In this document: positions 59,963 to 64,000 of the stretch, piece after piece | Numbering within the stretch: the first letter of the stretch is position 1 | How the letters are laid out: every line of letters begins with the position of its first letter | Origin: an uncultured Actinomycetes bacterium | GTDB lineage: Bacteria; Actinomycetota; Thermoleophilia; UBA2241 | Direction of reading: 5' to 3' | Assembly (NCBI GenBank): GCA_963767005.1 | Contig: CAVYCN010000003.1 | Span: 288,001 to 352,000 of the forward strand | DNA: 64,000 nt | The notes under the pieces: model-generated | The model's input: only the letters and a program-made list of their open reading frames with translations | The model's database searches: none | Told to the model about the DNA's origin: nothing | Translations under genes and position numbers: made by a program

Positions 59963-60175
59963 GGCGCGCACGGTCCAGTAGCGCCGCAGCGCGACGACCG
60001 TCCAGATCGCCTCGACCACGCCGAACGGCCAGGCGCCCGACAGAAAGCCGTAGGTGCTCGACAGCGCGCAGCCGGCGGCGAAGGCCACGATGAAGCCGGG
60101 CCCGCGCCGTTCGAGCGCGTACATCAGCATCATGAACGTCACCGCCACGACGCCGTACGCGGTGACCGCGCTCAT
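59954..60175 (-). CDS. Small three-TM membrane protein
   Basis: 73 aa hydrophobic ORF with SSTYGFLSGAWPFGVVEAIW; coupled to the upstream gene by an ATGA overlap. Confidence 0.75.
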   Translation of the reverse strand: MSAVTAYGVVAVTFMMLMYALERRGPGFIVAFAAGCALSSTYGFLSGAWPFGVVEAIWTVVALRRYWTVRAGA

Positions 60176-60699
60176 GTCCGCCTCCCTGGTCGCCCCGCCC
60201 GCACCGCCCGCAGCGTATCACCCTCGCCGACGGCGGCCCCGAGCGCGGCGCGCAGCGCGGCCAGGCTCGGCGCCAGCACCAGATGACCGTGGCAGCCGCA
60301 ATCCGACGAGCCGAAGCCGGCGGCGGGACCGGGCGCCGGATCACCGGCGGGCCGGGACGGGGGCCGCGCACCCGCGGCGCCCGGCGCGGCGCCCGCGAGC
60401 ACCGGCGCGAGCGTTGCCCGCAGGCGTCCGGCGAGCGCGCACTCGTCGAGCGCGGTGTCGAGCAGCCAGGCGCGTCGAGCCGGCCACGGCGTGAAGAGGT
60501 AGTCGGCGTGCCAGCGCAGCGGTTTGGCGGCGCGGCAGTGGCGCGCGACGCGGGCGTCCCGCCCGCGTCGCGCGCTGCCCACGTAAGCCTGCCAGCCGCG
60601 CTCGAGGCGCACCGGTCCGAGGGCGCCCACCGTGATCGTCGCGCGCCGCGGCAGCCAGGCCGCGACCACGTACAGGCGGTTGGGCGGCGGCACCGTCAC
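60172..60699 (-). CDS. DUF123 / GIY-YIG-like nuclease family protein
   Basis: YVGSA, RVARH, RWHADYL, EC and GFGSSDCGCHGHL motifs. Confidence 0.8.
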   Translation of the reverse strand: MTVPPPNRLYVVAAWLPRRATITVGALGPVRLERGWQAYVGSARRGRDARVARHCRAAKPLRWHADYLFTPWPARRAWLLDTALDECALAGRLRATLAPVLAGAAPGAAGARPPSRPAGDPAPGPAAGFGSSDCGCHGHLVLAPSLAALRAALGAAVGEGDTLRAVRAGRPGRRT

Positions 60700-61619
60700 G
60701 GCGAGAACGGCCGCCCCGCGGCGTCGCGGCGGCGGAACGGCTCGGCCACCGCCGGGTCGACCAGCCGGCCGTAGAGCGCCGGGCGCCGGAAAGCGCCGCC
60801 GAGCACCTCGGCCCGGCGCCAGGCGCGTAGCTCGTCGAGATCGAAGGCGGCGAGGACGACGGCCTCGTCGGGCCCGGCCCGCACCACGGTGGTGTTGCGG
60901 CCGCGACCCGCGGCGTCCCAGGCGCAGGGATGGAAGGCGACCGAGTGACCGTCGCAGTCGGCGTGCGTGGCCGGGTAGTTGGCGAGGGCGACGGCGACCA
61001 TGTTCTCGAACGCCCGGGCACGGAGCTGGCCGGTGCGGTTGTCCTCCATCGGACAGGCGTTGGGCACCAGGAGCAGCTCGGCGCCGTCGAGGGCGAGCAC
61101 GCGCGCCGTCTCGGGGAGCTCGCGATCGAAGCAGATCATCGCGCCGACCCGGACCGGGCCGGCCGCGGTGTCAAGCGTGGCGACCGGCAGGCCGTCGCCG
61201 GCCACCAGGGCCGCCTCGGGCCAGTCGAACGCGCAGGTGTGGACCTTGGCGTACCGGAGCGCCTCGCGACCGTGACGGTCGACCAGCGACACGGTGTTGC
61301 GCGGCCCGCCGGCCGTGGCCTCGAGATACGTGACGGCGATCGCCAGGCCGAGCTCGTTCGCGAGGCGGGCGAAACGGGCGACGAAGGGGGCGTCGGCGGT
61401 GACCGCCTGCGCGCGCCAGCGGGCGAGCGCGGCGGCGGCCGGCGCCGTCCGCTCTCCCTCGAACCCGTAGCCGATGTTCCACATCTCGGGGAACAGGGCG
61501 AGGTCGGCGCCCAGCGCGGCGGCCCGCCGGCAGGCGGCCTCACCGCGTCGCAGGTTCTCGTCCTGGTCGTAACCGGCCGCCTCGATCTGCAGCAGCGCCA
61601 CCGTGAGCGCGGCGCTCAT
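60696..61619 (-). CDS. Carbon-nitrogen hydrolase (nitrilase superfamily)
   Basis: Glu-Lys-Cys triad: FPEMW, YAKVH, MICFDRELPE. Confidence 0.9.
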   Translation of the reverse strand: MSAALTVALLQIEAAGYDQDENLRRGEAACRRAAALGADLALFPEMWNIGYGFEGERTAPAAAALARWRAQAVTADAPFVARFARLANELGLAIAVTYLEATAGGPRNTVSLVDRHGREALRYAKVHTCAFDWPEAALVAGDGLPVATLDTAAGPVRVGAMICFDRELPETARVLALDGAELLLVPNACPMEDNRTGQLRARAFENMVAVALANYPATHADCDGHSVAFHPCAWDAAGRGRNTTVVRAGPDEAVVLAAFDLDELRAWRRAEVLGGAFRRPALYGRLVDPAVAEPFRRRDAAGRPFSP

Positions 61620-62584
61620 GCCGGCCTCCGGCCGGGGGCGTCGCCGCGTCCGCGTCGCGCTGCCGGCCGTTGCGCCGGCCTCCCCACCGGCGAGGTCGCG
61701 CGCCGTGTCGCGGCGCGCCGGACGCGCTCCCGCTCGAGCGCCTCGCGGCCGCCGGCGGCGAGCCGGCGCCCGCGCGGCAGCGGCTGGCAGCGCGGGCAGA
61801 AGTGCGTGCCCCGGCCACCGAGCTCGACGCGGCGCACCGGCGTGCCGCACACGCGACAGGGCTCCCCGCCGCGCCCGTAGACGTTCAGGATCTCCTGGAA
61901 GGCGCCACGCGACCCCGCGGGGTCGACGAAGCTCTCGATCGAGGCGCCCTCGTGGTCGATGCCGAGCTGGAGCGTCTCGAGCAGGGCGTCGCGCAGACGC
62001 GCGACCTCGCCGGGCCCGAGGCTGCCGGCCACGCGCAGCGGGCTGAGGCGGGCGCGAAAGGCGGCCTCGTCTGCGTAGATGTTGCCGACGCCGGCGATGC
62101 GGCGCTGGTCGAGCAGGAACGACTTGAGCGGAGCCACCCGACCTTCGAGCGCGCCGCGCAGGTAGTCGGTCGTGAACGACGCACCGAACGGCTCGGGACC
62201 CATGGCGGCGAAGAACCCGTCCTCGGCCGCGCCGGGCAGCGCCCAGACCCGCCCGAAGCGGCGCGTATCGTAGAAGAACAACTCGCCGGCCGGACGCAGG
62301 CGCAGCACGAAGCGCGGCCGGGGGCTGCCAGGCTCGGGCGCGAGCAGTAGACGACCGGTCATGCGCAGGTGCACGACGAGCAGGACGCCGTCGAGCTCGA
62401 CGATCAGGTACTTGCCGCGCCGGCGCAGCCGCACGATGCGGCGGCCTTGCAACGCGTCGCGCAGCTCGGCGGCCGTCTGGACCGAGACGACGGGGTCGTT
62501 CACGACGACGCCGTCGACCACGAGGCCCGGCAGGCAGGCGGCCAGGCGGCGGCGCACAGTCTCGACCTCGGGCAGCTCAGGCAT
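61616..62584 (-). CDS. mutM: Formamidopyrimidine-DNA glycosylase
   Basis: MPELPEVE, RRGKY, HLRMTG, DTRRFG and GVGNIYADE motifs; C4 zinc finger. Confidence 0.96.
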   Translation of the reverse strand: MPELPEVETVRRRLAACLPGLVVDGVVVNDPVVSVQTAAELRDALQGRRIVRLRRRGKYLIVELDGVLLVVHLRMTGRLLLAPEPGSPRPRFVLRLRPAGELFFYDTRRFGRVWALPGAAEDGFFAAMGPEPFGASFTTDYLRGALEGRVAPLKSFLLDQRRIAGVGNIYADEAAFRARLSPLRVAGSLGPGEVARLRDALLETLQLGIDHEGASIESFVDPAGSRGAFQEILNVYGRGGEPCRVCGTPVRRVELGGRGTHFCPRCQPLPRGRRLAAGGREALERERVRRAATRRATSPVGRPAQRPAARRGRGDAPGRRPA

Positions 62585-63992
62585 CGCTCCCGCCTTCCCC
62601 GTCGCATCCCGACGCGCGCTCGCGGTCCCACCACGACAGCACGAACGACCTGGCCTGCTCGGGCGTCGTCACGAGGCCGCAGTCGACCTCCTCCTGGAGG
62701 GCGGCGAGGGCGCGGCCCACGGTCGCGCCCTCGTCGAGGCCGAGGAGCTCCATGACCTCGCCGCCGCGCAGCAGCCGGCGCGGCGCCGCCGGCGCGTCGC
62801 CGAACACGTCGCGCGCGATGCGGAAGTGGCGCGCCAGGGAGCGCGGCGGCGTGCGCTCGCCGCGGGTCGCGACGCGGTCGGCCAGCGAGAGTACGGTCGC
62901 CTCGAAGACGAACGGCTCGACGTCGCGACGGTACCGCACGAGGGCGCGCCGCGTGAGCGGCATCTCGCGCACGAGGAAGCCCAGACGCAGGTGCCCGCGC
63001 ACGAGCACGGCGAGGAACTGCTCGAAGCGCCGACTCAGGTGCAGCCGGCGGCAGACGCCGCGGGCGAGGTCCTCGCCGATGCGGTCGTGCGAGAAGAAGG
63101 TCACCCGGCCGTCGTCGCCCACGTCGCGCGCTGCGGGCTTGCCGACGTCGTGCAGCAGCACGGCCCAGGCAAGCGGCGCGAGCGGCGGCGCGCCGGGCAG
63201 GCCGACCGCCTCCGGCGTGGCAAGGTAGCGCTCGCCGCCGAGCGCGGCGACCACCTGCGGCAGGAACGAGAGGGCCTCGAGCGTGTGGTCGAAGACGTCG
63301 AGGTGGTGGTAGGGATTCTGCGTGACGCCGCGGCAGGCGGCGAGCTCGGGCAGCGCCACCTCGAGGGCGCCGAGATCGGCCAGGCAGCGCACGGCCGCAT
63401 CGGCCGGCGACAGGCCGAGCAGGATCGAGAGCTCCCGCTCGAGACGCTCCACGCTCACCGCGGCGAGGCCGCCGGCCGCCTCCACGGCCGCCTCCTCGAG
63501 ATCGGGCACGGGCGTGAGCTCGAGCTCGAAACGGAGCCGGGCGAGCCGCACCACGCGCAGCGGATCGTCGAGCAGGGCCCGCGTCGTGCACGGCGCGAGG
63601 CGCCGGGCGCGCAGGTCGGCAAGACCGCCGCAGGGATCCAGCAGGGCGCTGGGCTGTGCGCCCAGCGGCCGGGCCATCGCGTTGACCGTGAAGTCGCGGG
63701 CGCGCAGGTCGTCGGCGATCGTCGCGCCGCGCAGCGGCGCGACGTCGATGTGCCCGCCCTCGCAGGCGATGCGCCACGCCGAGAAGCGCTCGGAGTACGA
63801 GAAGACGGGCCCGCCGAGCTCGGCCGCCAGGGCATGCGCGAAGGCCTCGGCGTCGCCGGCCACGACGAGGTCGAGGTCGTCGCAGAGCCGGTGCAGGAGG
63901 GCGTCGCGCACACCGCCGCCGACGATCCAGGCCCCGTCGCTCGCGGCGGCCACGGGGGCGGCCGCGGCGGCGATGGCGTGGACGTCGAGCAT
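62577..63992 (-). CDS. CCA-adding enzyme / poly(A) polymerase family with HD domain
   Basis: VGGGVRD, DLDL, RDFTVNAM, DDPLR, ERxxxEL, YHHLDVFDHT and LLHDVGK motifs; true start may lie at or beyond the window edge. Confidence 0.88.
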   Translation of the reverse strand: MLDVHAIAAAAAPVAAASDGAWIVGGGVRDALLHRLCDDLDLVVAGDAEAFAHALAAELGGPVFSYSERFSAWRIACEGGHIDVAPLRGATIADDLRARDFTVNAMARPLGAQPSALLDPCGGLADLRARRLAPCTTRALLDDPLRVVRLARLRFELELTPVPDLEEAAVEAAGGLAAVSVERLERELSILLGLSPADAAVRCLADLGALEVALPELAACRGVTQNPYHHLDVFDHTLEALSFLPQVVAALGGERYLATPEAVGLPGAPPLAPLAWAVLLHDVGKPAARDVGDDGRVTFFSHDRIGEDLARGVCRRLHLSRRFEQFLAVLVRGHLRLGFLVREMPLTRRALVRYRRDVEPFVFEATVLSLADRVATRGERTPPRSLARHFRIARDVFGDAPAAPRRLLRGGEVMELLGLDEGATVGRALAALQEEVDCGLVTTPEQARSFVLSWWDRERASGCDGEGGSDA

Positions 63993-64000
63993 CGCGCCCG

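Noticed and set aside
60696-61619. C-N hydrolase as N-carbamoylputrescine amidase partnering the deiminase
   Set aside because: It has CFDRELPE rather than the CWDQWFPE motif typical of that subfamily and lies 20 kb away in another operon; not excluded, but unsupported.

Overview
High-GC actinobacterial chromosome segment. The Firmicute-like gene order tilS-hpt-ftsH-folEPBK-nadBC-coaX-dus-greA-lysS-clpC-radA-carD-yacL-ispD-ispF suggests a deep-branching class such as Thermoleophilia (inference). Most of the window is housekeeping: tRNA-fMet, groES-groEL with a CIRCE element, tsaE-tsaB-rimI-tsaD, udg, mutM and a CCA-adding enzyme. I found no CRISPR array, integrase, transposase or rRNA. The accessory block at about 24.7-45 kb holds ald with an Lrp regulator, PucR, a C45 Ntn-hydrolase, an Opp-type ABC transporter, a carbamoyltransferase with altered amine-binding residues, TetR with two visible operators, an agmatine-deiminase-family enzyme, an orphan methyl-THF:corrinoid methyltransferase and a GAF-GGDEF-HD-GYP protein. 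Main leads: (1) this putative novel guanidino/acyl-amine catabolic system; (2) a pantothenate operon with a pan-motif-like leader in which panB and panD are absent and yjbQ plus an HPS-RraA/aldolase fusion follow panC; (3) ftsH split by a +1 frameshift at CTT-AGA-C and carrying a duplicated extracellular domain. All functional calls come from motif recognition by eye; no database searches were run.
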